Shown here: piece after piece, positions 29,570-38,444 of the stretch
Layout of the letters: each line of letters opens with the position of its first letter
How positions within the stretch are numbered: position 1 is the first letter of the stretch
Source of the DNA: Gemmatimonadota bacterium
Lineage (GTDB): Bacteria > Latescibacterota > UBA2968 > UBA8231
Assembly (NCBI GenBank): GCA_038153405.1
Contig: JAYOYH010000006.1
Location: 47,894-111,893 of the forward strand
DNA: 64,000 bases
Reading direction: 5' to 3'
The notes under the pieces: generated by a model
The model's input: the letters and a program-made list of their open reading frames with translations, nothing else
The model's database searches: none
What the model was told of the DNA's origin: nothing
Program-made: the position numbers and the translations under genes

Positions 29570-29938
29570 TTATTTCCAGTGCAGAACGCCTTTGCGCCAG
29601 GCATAGACGATGGCCAGCAAGAGGATGCCCACAAAGAGAGACAGCTCAATTAGATCGCGCCATACGTAGTCGCCCCGGTCAAAAACGAGCGCCACGGGCA
29701 AAATGTAGAGCACGTCTACTTCAAAGGCGACGAAGATCAGTGCGAATAGGTAGTAGGCAATGTCGAAGCGGATCCAGGCGCTGCCGATGGTATCGACGCC
29801 GCACTCGTAGACCTCGCGGGTCTTATCGCCTCGAGAGCGCGGCGAGATAAAGAGCGGTAAGATGACGGGTATAGTGCCCAACACGAGGCCGGCAGCGAGC
29901 AGGCCACCAAAGAGCGCGTAGTTAGAAATGGGTTCCAT
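29570..29938 (-). CDS. nuoA: Complex I subunit A
   Basis: [28 protein letters not shown]. Confidence 0.96.
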   Translation of the reverse strand: MEPISNYALFGGLLAAGLVLGTIPVILPLFISPRSRGDKTREVYECGVDTIGSAWIRFDIAYYLFALIFVAFEVDVLYILPVALVFDRGDYVWRDLIELSLFVGILLLAIVYAWRKGVLHWK

Positions 29939-29968
29939 ATGCTTCTCTCATGTGTGAATGCTGTGCGC

Positions 29969-29984
29969 CGCAACCATAGTGCCC
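29969..29984 (-). promoter_or_regulatory. Sigma54 promoter of the nuo operon
   Basis: Minus strand GGGCACTATGGTTGCG, matching GGCAC-N5-TTGC, about 30 bp before the nuoA ATG. Confidence 0.65.
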
Positions 29985-30078
29985 TGTGTCGTTTTTCCGC
30001 GGCACAACGATCTCGTGTTCTCTGCCAAAGAAAGGCATATTAACTAGGGTGTGGCAAGCCCTTTAACGATTTTGCGCG

Positions 30079-30127
30079 TGGGGGAATCGTGTCTCGCTGT
30101 GGTTTGAATTGGGGTCTATTCGTCACA
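30079..30127. promoter_or_regulatory. Pair of degenerate 18-bp palindromes between divergent sigma54 promoters
   Basis: TGGGGGA-ATCG-TGTCTCG (30079-30096) and TGGGGTC-TATT-CGTCACA (30110-30127), 31 bp apart. Confidence 0.5.
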
Positions 30128-30189
30128 GTGTGCGTGCGAGAGAGGACACCAATTTATCTCTGAGTGCACTCTCGTAATAAAAAATGGAC

Positions 30190-30205
30190 TGGCATGTAGC
30201 TTGCA
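30190..30205 (+). promoter_or_regulatory. Sigma54 promoter of the sigma factor gene
   Basis: TGGCATGTAGCTTGCA (GG-N10-GC, TTGCA). Confidence 0.75.
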
Positions 30206-30236
30206 GGAGGATGTAGGCGAGAGAGGAGGAATACAC

Positions 30237-31085
30237 ATGATTACTCAAACAAACGCTACAAATACAGCCGATGGTCTGCAGGCCTATTGGCGCGATATCA
30301 GCCGCTGCGAGCCGCTGAGTCGAGTGGAGGAAGCGCAGTTGGTGGAGAGGGCACATGCCGGCGACGACGAGGCGATGCAGGCGTTAGTGTCGGCCAACTT
30401 GCGCTTTGTCGTTCGAGTAGCACGCAATTATGCTCGTTCGGATATGCCGCTAGGTGAACTGATATCGGCGGGTAATTTGGGTCTGATGCGTGCAGTGCGT
30501 AATTTTGACGCCACGCGCGGCTACAAATTTATCACCTATGCCGTGTGGTGGATACGCCAGGCCATATGCAAGGCGATGGACGGTATGGTGCGCGACGTGC
30601 GGCGCCCGTCAAACCAGCTACTCGATATGAAGCACGTCGAGAGCGCGACGCGCAGGCTTGAACAGCAGCTGGGTCGCGTTCCAAGCATCGATGAGCTCGC
30701 AAAAGAGACGGGCTATATGAGCGACCGGATGCGCAACGCAATTCAGTCGGGCTGGGGTGAAGTGCCACTCGATAATCCCTCAGGGGGCGACCAGCAGGAC
30801 CCCCAACTCGATCTGCTACCCGACCCGAGCGACTCTATTGAAGAAGAGCACGAGCGCCGCGAATTGCACGTGCTCCTGCACGAGTCGATGGCGGCGCTGA
30901 GCCCGCGCGAGCGGCGCGTGTTGGATGCCTATTACGGCCTTGGCGGCGCCGCAGAGATCAGCTTGGAAAGGATCGGAATTAGCCTGGGGCTTACGCGTGA
31001 ACGGGTTCGTCAAATTCGCGATCGCGCGTTGCAAAAGATACGCATGCGACAGGGCGCGCGGTTGGTAGAATATTGCCGTAAATAG
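30237..31085 (+). CDS. Alternative sigma70 factor (RpoD/RpoS-like, lacking region 1.1)
   Basis: GGAGGA SD; ANLRFVV, GNLGLMRAV..FD..RGYKFITYAVWWIRQAI, TRERVRQI. Confidence 0.93.
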   Translation: MITQTNATNTADGLQAYWRDISRCEPLSRVEEAQLVERAHAGDDEAMQALVSANLRFVVRVARNYARSDMPLGELISAGNLGLMRAVRNFDATRGYKFITYAVWWIRQAICKAMDGMVRDVRRPSNQLLDMKHVESATRRLEQQLGRVPSIDELAKETGYMSDRMRNAIQSGWGEVPLDNPSGGDQQDPQLDLLPDPSDSIEEEHERRELHVLLHESMAALSPRERRVLDAYYGLGGAAEISLERIGISLGLTRERVRQIRDRALQKIRMRQGARLVEYCRK

Positions 31086-31101
31086 AGGGAATGGGCGATT
31101 C

Positions 31102-31130
31102 TTGTCGCACCTGTAGAAATACAATATACT
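31102..31130 (+). promoter_or_regulatory. Sigma70-type promoter of pckA
   Basis: TTGTCG-17 bp-TATACT. Confidence 0.5.
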
Positions 31131-31194
31131 ATGCTCACGCGGCGGGAGAGCTGTCCTCCCGCCGTTTTCCGTTCAGCATTCGAAGAGAGAAGCG

Positions 31195-32778
31195 ATGGAA
31201 GAGTGCATAGATCTCAGCGAACATCAGATATATGTAGAGCGCGCGTGGCGGAATATCGCACCGGCCAAGCTCTACGAAGAAGGGCTGCGCTATGAGAGGG
31301 GGTCGGCCATTTCCAATGCCGGCGCTCTCGTAGTGTCTTCCGGCGCTAAAACTGGCCGCAGTCCCGGAGATAAGCGCATTGTCGACCATCCCGATACCAG
31401 TGGAGATATTTGGTGGGGATCGGTCAACATCAAGCTGCAAGAGCACACGTTCAGGATTAATCACGAGCGCGCGATAGATTACCTCAACACCTGTGAGCGC
31501 CTCTATGTGGTGGACGGCTTTGCCGGCTGGGATCCCAAGTATCGCCTGAAGATACGCATCGTCTGTTCGAGAGCCTACCACGCCCTCTTTATGCACAATA
31601 TGCTCATTCGTCCGACGCCCGATGAACTGGCCGATTTTGGCGAGCCGGACTTCATCATCTACAATGCCGGGCGTTTTCCGGCTAATCGCTATACTTCGGA
31701 AATGACGTCAACGACGAGTATTGACCTGAGCTTTGAGCGCCGCGAAATGGTCATTCTCGGCACGGAGTACGCCGGGGAAATGAAGAAGGGCATCTTCACG
31801 GTGATGAACTACCTGATGCCCAAGCGCGGGCAGCTTTCCATGCACTGCTCGGCCAATCGCAGCGCAGCGGGCGACGTGGCGCTCTTTTTCGGCCTGTCGG
31901 GCACGGGCAAGACCACCCTATCGGCCGACCCGCGTCGCCAGCTAATTGGCGATGACGAACACGTGTGGAGCGATGAGGGCATCTTCAATATAGAAGGTGG
32001 GTGCTACGCCAAATGCATTGACCTGTCTGCGCAGAAAGAGCCCGAAATCTATCAGGCCATTCGCTTTGGCTCGGTGCTAGAAAACGTCGTCTACGATGAG
32101 CAGTCGCGATCCGTCGACTATGCCGATGGATCGCTGACGGAGAATACGCGTGCGGCATATCCCATAGACTATATCCCCAATGCGGCCATTCCCTGCGTCG
32201 GCGAACATCCGCGCAATATCATTTTTCTCACCTGCGATGCCTTTGGCGTGCTGCCGCCGGTAAGCCGCCTGAGTGCAGCGCAGGCGATGTATCACTTTAT
32301 CAGCGGCTATACCGCGAAAGTCGCCGGCACGGAGATGGGCGTTACCGAACCTGAGGCGACGTTTTCGGCCTGCTTTGGCGCCGCCTTTATGGTGTGGCAT
32401 CCAAGCGTGTACGCCGAGCTTTTGGCAGAGAAGATTCGCCGACACGAGGTGCGCGTTTGGATGGTCAATACGGGCTGGACGGCAGGTGGCTACGGCGTTG
32501 GGCAGCGCATTGCACTAGCGCACACGCGCGCCATTATCGATGCCATTCACGACGGCGCGCTCGACGGCGCCGAGACCGCGCGCGATGCGCGCTTTGGCTT
32601 TGAGGTCATTGCCGCGTGCCCGGGGGTTCCATCGCAGGTGCTCGTGCCGCACGCGGCGTGGTCCGATCGTTCGGCCTACGAAGAGAAAGCTGCTCAGCTG
32701 GCGGCTCTGTTCAAGAAAAACTTCGAAAAATTCGCCGCGCAAACCGGTGGGGATATCGCGGAGGCCGGGCCGGTGTAG
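31195..32778 (+). CDS. pckA: Phosphoenolpyruvate carboxykinase (ATP)
   Basis: [41 protein letters not shown]. Confidence 0.98.
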   Translation: MEECIDLSEHQIYVERAWRNIAPAKLYEEGLRYERGSAISNAGALVVSSGAKTGRSPGDKRIVDHPDTSGDIWWGSVNIKLQEHTFRINHERAIDYLNTCERLYVVDGFAGWDPKYRLKIRIVCSRAYHALFMHNMLIRPTPDELADFGEPDFIIYNAGRFPANRYTSEMTSTTSIDLSFERREMVILGTEYAGEMKKGIFTVMNYLMPKRGQLSMHCSANRSAAGDVALFFGLSGTGKTTLSADPRRQLIGDDEHVWSDEGIFNIEGGCYAKCIDLSAQKEPEIYQAIRFGSVLENVVYDEQSRSVDYADGSLTENTRAAYPIDYIPNAAIPCVGEHPRNIIFLTCDAFGVLPPVSRLSAAQAMYHFISGYTAKVAGTEMGVTEPEATFSACFGAAFMVWHPSVYAELLAEKIRRHEVRVWMVNTGWTAGGYGVGQRIALAHTRAIIDAIHDGALDGAETARDARFGFEVIAACPGVPSQVLVPHAAWSDRSAYEEKAAQLAALFKKNFEKFAAQTGGDIAEAGPV

Positions 32779-32800
32779 CGGCGCGGCGAATGCGCAATGC

Positions 32801-32842
32801 AAAGAGGGGTTCGGCCTGCACCTGCGCCGAACCCCTCTTTTT
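32801..32842. terminator. Rho-independent terminator, probably bidirectional
   Basis: AAAGAGGGGTTCGGC / GCCGAACCCCTCTTT 15-bp stem followed by T run. Confidence 0.85.
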
Positions 32843-32848
32843 GTCAGT

Positions 32849-33433
32849 TCACTTTTTCAGCCAGGGCAGCGAGCCCTCTACTACGCCTTTGCGCATATTG
32901 TTTAACCAGATCGGCCAAAACCAGCCGGTGTCGCTACCGGCCGGAAGCAGCGTCGGGTCGATCGGATATTTCTTGCCGCGCTCGATATCGGCGTTCAGAT
33001 AGCTGGCAATCGCGGAATAGGGTATCCAAGCGAAGGTGCTGCGCTCGTCAAAGGCGTCGCTTTCTTCCGGTGCCGGATTGTTCATCACGCGCTGTGCGGG
33101 AACGAAGTCAACCTGAGCAAAGTAGGTGGCATACGAGCCGTCCATCAGCGGCTTCTGTCCCTTGGCTTTGGCCTCTAAGTCGGTGCGAGCAAAATAACCG
33201 CGGGTTTCTTCGTGCGTCTTGTGCGCCGCCGTTTGCAGCATCGTCTCTCCCTCGCGGTCACCGCCGCCGAAAGCGGCCCAGCCGCGCTGGCTGCCGGCGT
33301 GTTCGGCCAGCAGCAGGTAGACTTCGCCGCCGGACTCGAAGTAAAGAACCATGCCGGCGGGCGACTCGGCCGTGGCCGAATCGCGTGCGAATAGAGCCAT
33401 GCCGATGGCGAAGAGCACGTGTTTTATGTTCAT
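32849..33433 (-). CDS. Nudix-fold protein with predicted signal peptide and degenerate Nudix box
   Basis: MNIKHVLFAIGMALFA leader; YLLL..W..FGGGDREGETMLQTAAHKTHEETRG. Confidence 0.7.
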   Translation of the reverse strand: MNIKHVLFAIGMALFARDSATAESPAGMVLYFESGGEVYLLLAEHAGSQRGWAAFGGGDREGETMLQTAAHKTHEETRGYFARTDLEAKAKGQKPLMDGSYATYFAQVDFVPAQRVMNNPAPEESDAFDERSTFAWIPYSAIASYLNADIERGKKYPIDPTLLPAGSDTGWFWPIWLNNMRKGVVEGSLPWLKK

Positions 33434-33491
33434 GAAAACCTCGCTGTTTGAAGTGGTCGTGGACGTGGAATGGAAAGCGGCGGTTGCGGGT

Positions 33492-34601
33492 CTAGGTCGC
33501 CGCTTCCGCGCTGGTCGACTCGGCGTTTTCCAGCGGCGGGTTATAGCCCAGGCTGTAAAACTCGAGCAGGGCGACAAAGAGGGCCGCTAGCACGGGGCCA
33601 ATGATAAAGCCCATCATGCCAAAGACGCTCAGGCCGCCTAGAGTGGAGAAGAACACTAGCAGGTCGTGCATGCCGGTATCGCGTCCGACTAGGTAGGGGC
33701 GCAGTATATTGTCGACGCTGCTGATGATGAATGCCGTGATGAGCACGATGGCAATGCCCGACCAAAGGTTGCCGCTGAGCATTTCAAAGATGCCCGCCGG
33801 GTAGAGCACCATCCACGTTCCGACAAGTGGGATGATGGATAAGATGACCATGACGACGCCCCACAGTGCCGGAGAACTAAAGCCAAAGGCCCACAGGGTC
33901 AAACCGCCCAGCGTTCCCTGAATGAGGCCGATAAAGAGCGTGCCCTTTATCGTGGCGCGCGAGACCGAAGCAAAGCGTTCAATGAGGCCGCGTTCGTAGC
34001 GCGGGTCGAGGGGGCTCAACTCGTGCAGGCGGCGCAGCAGCAGCGGGCCGTCGCGAAAAAAGTAGAACATGGTGAAGAGCGTTATGAAGAAATTGGCCAC
34101 CAACTGCAGCGTGCTGCGCGACGTCGTGTTGATAAAGCTGGTCGCCCAGCCGGCCGTCGTTTTGAGAGCCTCCTGTATGGATTGTTGCCAGTCGAGGTGG
34201 TTTAAGTTGAGGCGGCGCAGCAGCTCAAACTGGTCCAGCTTTTCTTGTAGGTTGATGCCGCTGCCGCCGCTGAGAAAACTCGTCGTCCACCGCCCAGCGG
34301 ATTTGTATATGTTGAGGGATTCCTGCAGTACTAAATTGGTGACGACGTACGCGGGTACCAGTAAGCCCAGTAGGAGCGCAATACAGCAGATCAGGGCGCT
34401 GAGGCCGTCGCGACCGCGCGTCCAGTGCCGCAGCTTGGCGTAGAGGGGATAGAATAGGCCGGCAAAGGTGGCGGCCAATACCACGGGGACCAGAAAGAGC
34501 TTTGTCATCTCAAAGAGCACCACGCCGGTGCCCACCAGCAGTGCGAGCAGAAAATAGCCTCTGGTTTTTTGCGAATTCCTGTCGGGGACGTGCGTGCTCA
34601 C
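33492..34601 (-). CDS. AI-2E family transporter
   Basis: FYFFRDG, IQGTLGG, DNILRPYLVG, STLGGL..FG..G.IIGP. Confidence 0.93.
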   Translation of the reverse strand: MSTHVPDRNSQKTRGYFLLALLVGTGVVLFEMTKLFLVPVVLAATFAGLFYPLYAKLRHWTRGRDGLSALICCIALLLGLLVPAYVVTNLVLQESLNIYKSAGRWTTSFLSGGSGINLQEKLDQFELLRRLNLNHLDWQQSIQEALKTTAGWATSFINTTSRSTLQLVANFFITLFTMFYFFRDGPLLLRRLHELSPLDPRYERGLIERFASVSRATIKGTLFIGLIQGTLGGLTLWAFGFSSPALWGVVMVILSIIPLVGTWMVLYPAGIFEMLSGNLWSGIAIVLITAFIISSVDNILRPYLVGRDTGMHDLLVFFSTLGGLSVFGMMGFIIGPVLAALFVALLEFYSLGYNPPLENAESTSAEAAT

Positions 34602-34748
34602 GATAAGCCGTTTGGGTTAGACCTGCTCTTGCCGCGCCGATTTAGCGCGGTGGCCTTGAGGTCTACATCTGTAGTTTAGTCCTCGCGGTGCATGATGGCA
34701 ATGCCGGCCGGTCTCCGTTGGAGATGTCTGGGCCGCTGTGCGGTTCCC

Positions 34749-35342
34749 TCATATGGCCATTGCCGCCACCTGTGCAACAATATGCTTGAGGACATCCATG
34801 GGGCCTTGGCCGGCGTCGACGGTGAAGATGAGGTCGCTAGAATAGTATTCGAGGACGGGTGCGGTTTCGCGCTCGTACTCGTCAAAGCGCCGGCGAATAA
34901 CCGCTTCGTTGGTGTCGTCGAGTCTGTTGTCGTGTAGCGCGCGCCGGTTAAGGCGGGCTATCATCGTTTCCTGGTCGTGCGTCTCCAAATGGATGAGTCG
35001 TTTGACATTGATGTATGCGCGCATGAGCTCGGCCTGCGCGACGTTGCGCGGAATGCCGTCGAGGACTAGCACTTCGCGCTCCGGCGAAAAATCACCGGCG
35101 TCGACTAGGCGACGCGCGTGCGCCTGCCAGAGTCGCACTGTCAGGTCGTCGGGCACCAACTGCCCGTGGCTGGAATACTGCAAAAACGTGCGTCCCAGTT
35201 CGCTTTCCGGGCGCAAAGCTCGAAATACATCGCCGCAGGACAGGTGAAAAAATCCCGGCACCTGGCCGAGTATTTTGCCCTGTGTGCCCTTGCCCGAACC
35301 GGGGGCGCCGAAGAGTAAGATGGTGCGAAATCGGGTATCCAT
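34749..35342 (-). CDS. adk: Adenylate kinase family (short LID) NMP kinase
   Basis: GAPGSGKGT, LSCGDVFR, LVPDD, LDGIPRN, RLDD. Confidence 0.85.
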   Translation of the reverse strand: MDTRFRTILLFGAPGSGKGTQGKILGQVPGFFHLSCGDVFRALRPESELGRTFLQYSSHGQLVPDDLTVRLWQAHARRLVDAGDFSPEREVLVLDGIPRNVAQAELMRAYINVKRLIHLETHDQETMIARLNRRALHDNRLDDTNEAVIRRRFDEYERETAPVLEYYSSDLIFTVDAGQGPMDVLKHIVAQVAAMAI

Positions 35343-35742
35343 ATGCGTCCTGTGCCCAAGGTGGAAGGCCCTAACTTAGGCATTTTGCGCCGTCGTGGGA
35401 ACAGGCGCTGCGATAGGGAAACTCTTTGGAGCCGGTAGTCGGCGGCGGTCCCATGCGATCGGCTGCAGGCCAAGCCAGCGTATGGCGGCACACCGTCGAC
35501 CGGGTGTCTGATTGTCGGCGGTGCGTTGTCCTTGGCTGGGATAAAGGCGATTATGGGGTTTTCAGGAAGGGCATGCATTCATTTATTATGTGGGTCGCGG
35601 TGCCAACCCCAATGGGACGAAGAATCTCGCTTTTTGCGCAATTATGCACTATGCTTGGGTAGTTGGCGACTGCGCAGTACTGTGTAGGTCAAGATTTGGC
35701 GCGCCGAGCGCCGGTTGTGGTAGTAGGTAAAAAAGGAGAGAC

Positions 35743-37161
35743 ATGGAATATCCGCAGATCATACAGGGCGGCATGGGTATCGGCGTGTCGAATTGGAACC
35801 TGGCTAAGCACGTTTCGCAACAGGGACAGTTGGGCGTTGTCTCGGGTACCTCGCTCGACAATGTATGCGCTCGACGCCTGCAGCAGGGTGACCCCGGAGG
35901 AAACGTGCGCCGTGCTATGCAGCACTTTCCCTTTCCAGACGTTGCCCAGCGCGTCTTGGATCGCTACTACATCGAGGGGGGTAAGGATGCGGATAAGCCA
36001 TTTGCCATCGTGCCCATGTTTACGGTAGAACCAGACCCCGCGCTGGTCGAATTGACGGTCGTGGCCAACTTCGTCGAGGTCTTTCTCGCCGGCGAAGGGC
36101 ATGATGGTCAGGTGGGAATCAACTACCTTGAGAAAATCCAGATGCCCAATGTCGTGTCGATTTTTGGTGCGATGCTGGCTGGGGTTGACTACGTCATAAT
36201 GGGAGCGGGTATCCCGCGCGAAATTCCCGGTGTGTTGGACGCGCTGGCGCGCGGCGATGAGGCGCAACTCAAGCTCTCGGTCGACGGGCAGGGCGAAGAC
36301 GTGTGGATGCGCTTTGATCAGAGTGCATTTGGCATGAGAGCGGATGCACTCAAACGCCCTAAATTTCTCGCCATCATATCTTCTGTGACCCTTGGGCAGG
36401 CGCTGCTCAAGCGCGCCACCGGAGAGATCAACGGCTTTGTTGTCGAACTGCCGGTGGCTGGCGGACACAACGCACCGCCGCGCGGCAAATTACAGTTGGA
36501 CGAGGACGGCGAGCCGATTTACGGCCCGCGCGACGAAGTCGATCTGGTGAAAATCGCCGAGTTGGGCAAGCCGTTTTGGGTTGCCGGCTCCTTTGCCTAC
36601 CCGGGGCGGCTGCGCGAGGTGCTGGAAGTGGGTGGTCAGGGCATTCAGGTGGGCACGGCGTTCGCCTTCTGCGAAGAATCCGGCCTCGCCCCCGAGTTCC
36701 GCGCCGAAGCGCTGCGCCAGGTGCGCGCGGGCACGCTGGACGTGTTTACCGATCCCGTTGCTTCGCCGACGGGTTTCCCCTTCAAAGTGGTGCAGATGCC
36801 CGATACGCTAGCCGATCGCCAGTACTATGAAGACCGGCCACGCGTGTGCAATTTGGGTTATTTGCGCACGGTGTACCGACGCGAAGATGGCAGGATAGAC
36901 TACCGCTGCGCCTCCGAACCGGTGGCCAGTTATGTGAAAAAGGGTGGTTCCTGCGAAGATGCGGAGGGGCGCAAGTGTCTGTGCAATGCGCTAATGGCCA
37001 ATATCGGCCTGCCGCAGCGCCGCCCCAGCGGCTATGTGGAAAAGCCACTATTTACGGCTGGAGACGATCTGCCTGCCGTCGTGCGCTTTCTCGGCAATGA
37101 GCGACAGAGCTATCACGCGTCCGACGTCATCCAATACCTCTTAGAACAAAACGCCGACTGA
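35743..37161 (+). CDS. Nitronate monooxygenase/FabK-family FMN oxidoreductase, long form
   Basis: IIQGGMGIGVS, MGAGIP, AGGHNA, GIQVGTAF, SPTGFPFK; Cys-rich C-terminus. Confidence 0.88.
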   Translation: MEYPQIIQGGMGIGVSNWNLAKHVSQQGQLGVVSGTSLDNVCARRLQQGDPGGNVRRAMQHFPFPDVAQRVLDRYYIEGGKDADKPFAIVPMFTVEPDPALVELTVVANFVEVFLAGEGHDGQVGINYLEKIQMPNVVSIFGAMLAGVDYVIMGAGIPREIPGVLDALARGDEAQLKLSVDGQGEDVWMRFDQSAFGMRADALKRPKFLAIISSVTLGQALLKRATGEINGFVVELPVAGGHNAPPRGKLQLDEDGEPIYGPRDEVDLVKIAELGKPFWVAGSFAYPGRLREVLEVGGQGIQVGTAFAFCEESGLAPEFRAEALRQVRAGTLDVFTDPVASPTGFPFKVVQMPDTLADRQYYEDRPRVCNLGYLRTVYRREDGRIDYRCASEPVASYVKKGGSCEDAEGRKCLCNALMANIGLPQRRPSGYVEKPLFTAGDDLPAVVRFLGNERQSYHASDVIQYLLEQNAD

Positions 37162-37177
37162 ACGCCGATTACCGCGC

Positions 37178-37213
37178 AAAAGAGCCCCGCACCGTTCGGT
37201 GCGGGGCTCTTTT
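37178..37213. terminator. Bidirectional Rho-independent terminator
   Basis: AAAAGAGCCCCGCACC-GTTC-GGTGCGGGGCTCTTTT perfect stem between convergent genes. Confidence 0.92.
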
Positions 37214-37234
37214 ATTATTGCGACAAGTAGCTGC

Positions 37235-37444
37235 TTATAGGGCTATGACGCCCTCGGCGGCCAAGCCCTTCTGGCCTTGGACGACGCTGAATTCCACTTT
37301 CTGTCCTTCGGACAGGGAGCGGAAACCCTCCGAGCGGATCGAGGAGTGGTGGACGAACACGTCGTCACCGCTCTCGCGCTGGATAAAGCCAAAGCCCTTG
37401 GCGTCGTTGAACCACTTGACGGTTCCGGTCTCGCGATCTGCCAT
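37235..37444 (-). CDS. cspA: Cold-shock protein (CspA family)
   Basis: [33 protein letters not shown]. Confidence 0.96.
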   Translation of the reverse strand: MADRETGTVKWFNDAKGFGFIQRESGDDVFVHHSSIRSEGFRSLSEGQKVEFSVVQGQKGLAAEGVIAL

Positions 37445-37755
37445 GGTAATTTTCCTTTCGACAGGTTTACGTGAGCTCAGAGCGTTTCGAACAGGAGAGA
37501 ACGGCTGCTTCGGGCTTTACTGTAGGGAGCTACTTCGTAGGATTACTTCGGGAGTAAACTACATTCGGTAGGATACTACATTTGGGCCAGGCAGGAATCT
37601 ACTGAATCCGAACGACTCTACCACGGTTTAAGCTTCTGCACGCATTGCAGAGGCATGTTACCTGCTAATATCATAAAAAACCATCCCCATAGCAAGCAAT
37701 ATCGAAAATTAGTGCGGAGACGGTCTGGTAGACGATGGTCCGGCAGATGCCGAAG

Positions 37756-37828
37756 TGCGCCACGCCTGCCGCAAGGGCAAGGGATATCATGCGTGACTGC
37801 CACAGCCCATTGAGACATAAACATCTCG
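37756..37828. promoter_or_regulatory. Two 18-bp palindrome-like sites upstream of the usp-PFOR promoter
   Basis: TGCGCCA-CGCC-TGCCGCA (37756-37773) and TGAGACA-TAAA-CATCTCG (37811-37828). Confidence 0.45.
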
Positions 37829-37902
37829 CTCACGACGGCCTGACGCGGGTCCTTCACGGCATTACGCAAACAATAAACGGCTGTTATTGACCAATCGGTG
37901 GG

Positions 37903-37918
37903 TGGCATTGCGTTTGCT
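37903..37918 (+). promoter_or_regulatory. Sigma54 promoter of the usp-PFOR-DHOD-like operon
   Basis: TGGCATTGCGTTTGCT (GG-N10-GC, TTGCT). Confidence 0.75.
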
Positions 37919-37961
37919 ATCTACTCGGTGTTCGCAGCGCACTTATCTGAGGAGGCATTCC

Positions 37962-38423
37962 ATGATTCACGCGAAGAAGATTCTCATACCGACGGATCTG
38001 TCCGAGGAAGCGCGCCACGTATTACCCTACGCCGTCGAATTTGCTCGTTCGTATGGGGCGAAGATTATACTGGTACACGTCGTCGATGCGCGTTGGGTTG
38101 GGCCAGTGGCCAGCGCGGAGTTCCCCGGGATGGTGGAAGACCAAATCGATAGCAGCAAGACGGCCGCCACACAGGTCATGGAGGAGATGCGCATCGAACT
38201 GGGCGACTTGGAGGTCGAGACGCAGGTGCTGATCGGGTCGCCGCACGTGGAGATCGTGCGCTATGCGCGCAGCGAAGACGTCGACTTAATCATTCTGGCC
38301 ACGCACGGAAGAACGGGCTTGGCGCACGCGCTAATCGGCAGCGTCGCCGAGAAAGTTGTGCAAATGGCACCGTGCCCAGTGCTGACGCTCAAGCATCCGG
38401 AACACGAATTTGAGCTGTCCTAA
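37962..38423 (+). CDS. Universal stress protein
   Basis: GAGGAGG SD; KILIPTDLS, DLIILATHGRTG...IGSVAEKVV..APCPVL. Confidence 0.95.
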   Translation: MIHAKKILIPTDLSEEARHVLPYAVEFARSYGAKIILVHVVDARWVGPVASAEFPGMVEDQIDSSKTAATQVMEEMRIELGDLEVETQVLIGSPHVEIVRYARSEDVDLIILATHGRTGLAHALIGSVAEKVVQMAPCPVLTLKHPEHEFELS

Positions 38424-38444
38424 AATAGCTCGGGAGGGGAACTC

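Noticed and set aside
20286..29938. Group 4 hydrogenase or Mrp antiporter
   Set aside because: NuoD lacks both NiFe CxxC motifs, NuoB has the tandem CC of complex I, and nuoA is present in the standard order
30237..31085. Primary sigma factor rpoD
   Set aside because: Only about 282 aa, lacks region 1.1 and has divergent region 3 and 4 sequences
35343..35742. Small ORFs between adk and the NMO-family gene
   Set aside because: No recognisable motifs or ribosome-binding sites; more likely divergent promoter DNA
37445..37620. cspA thermosensor RNA
   Set aside because: A long leader is plausible, but I could not identify the structure by eye
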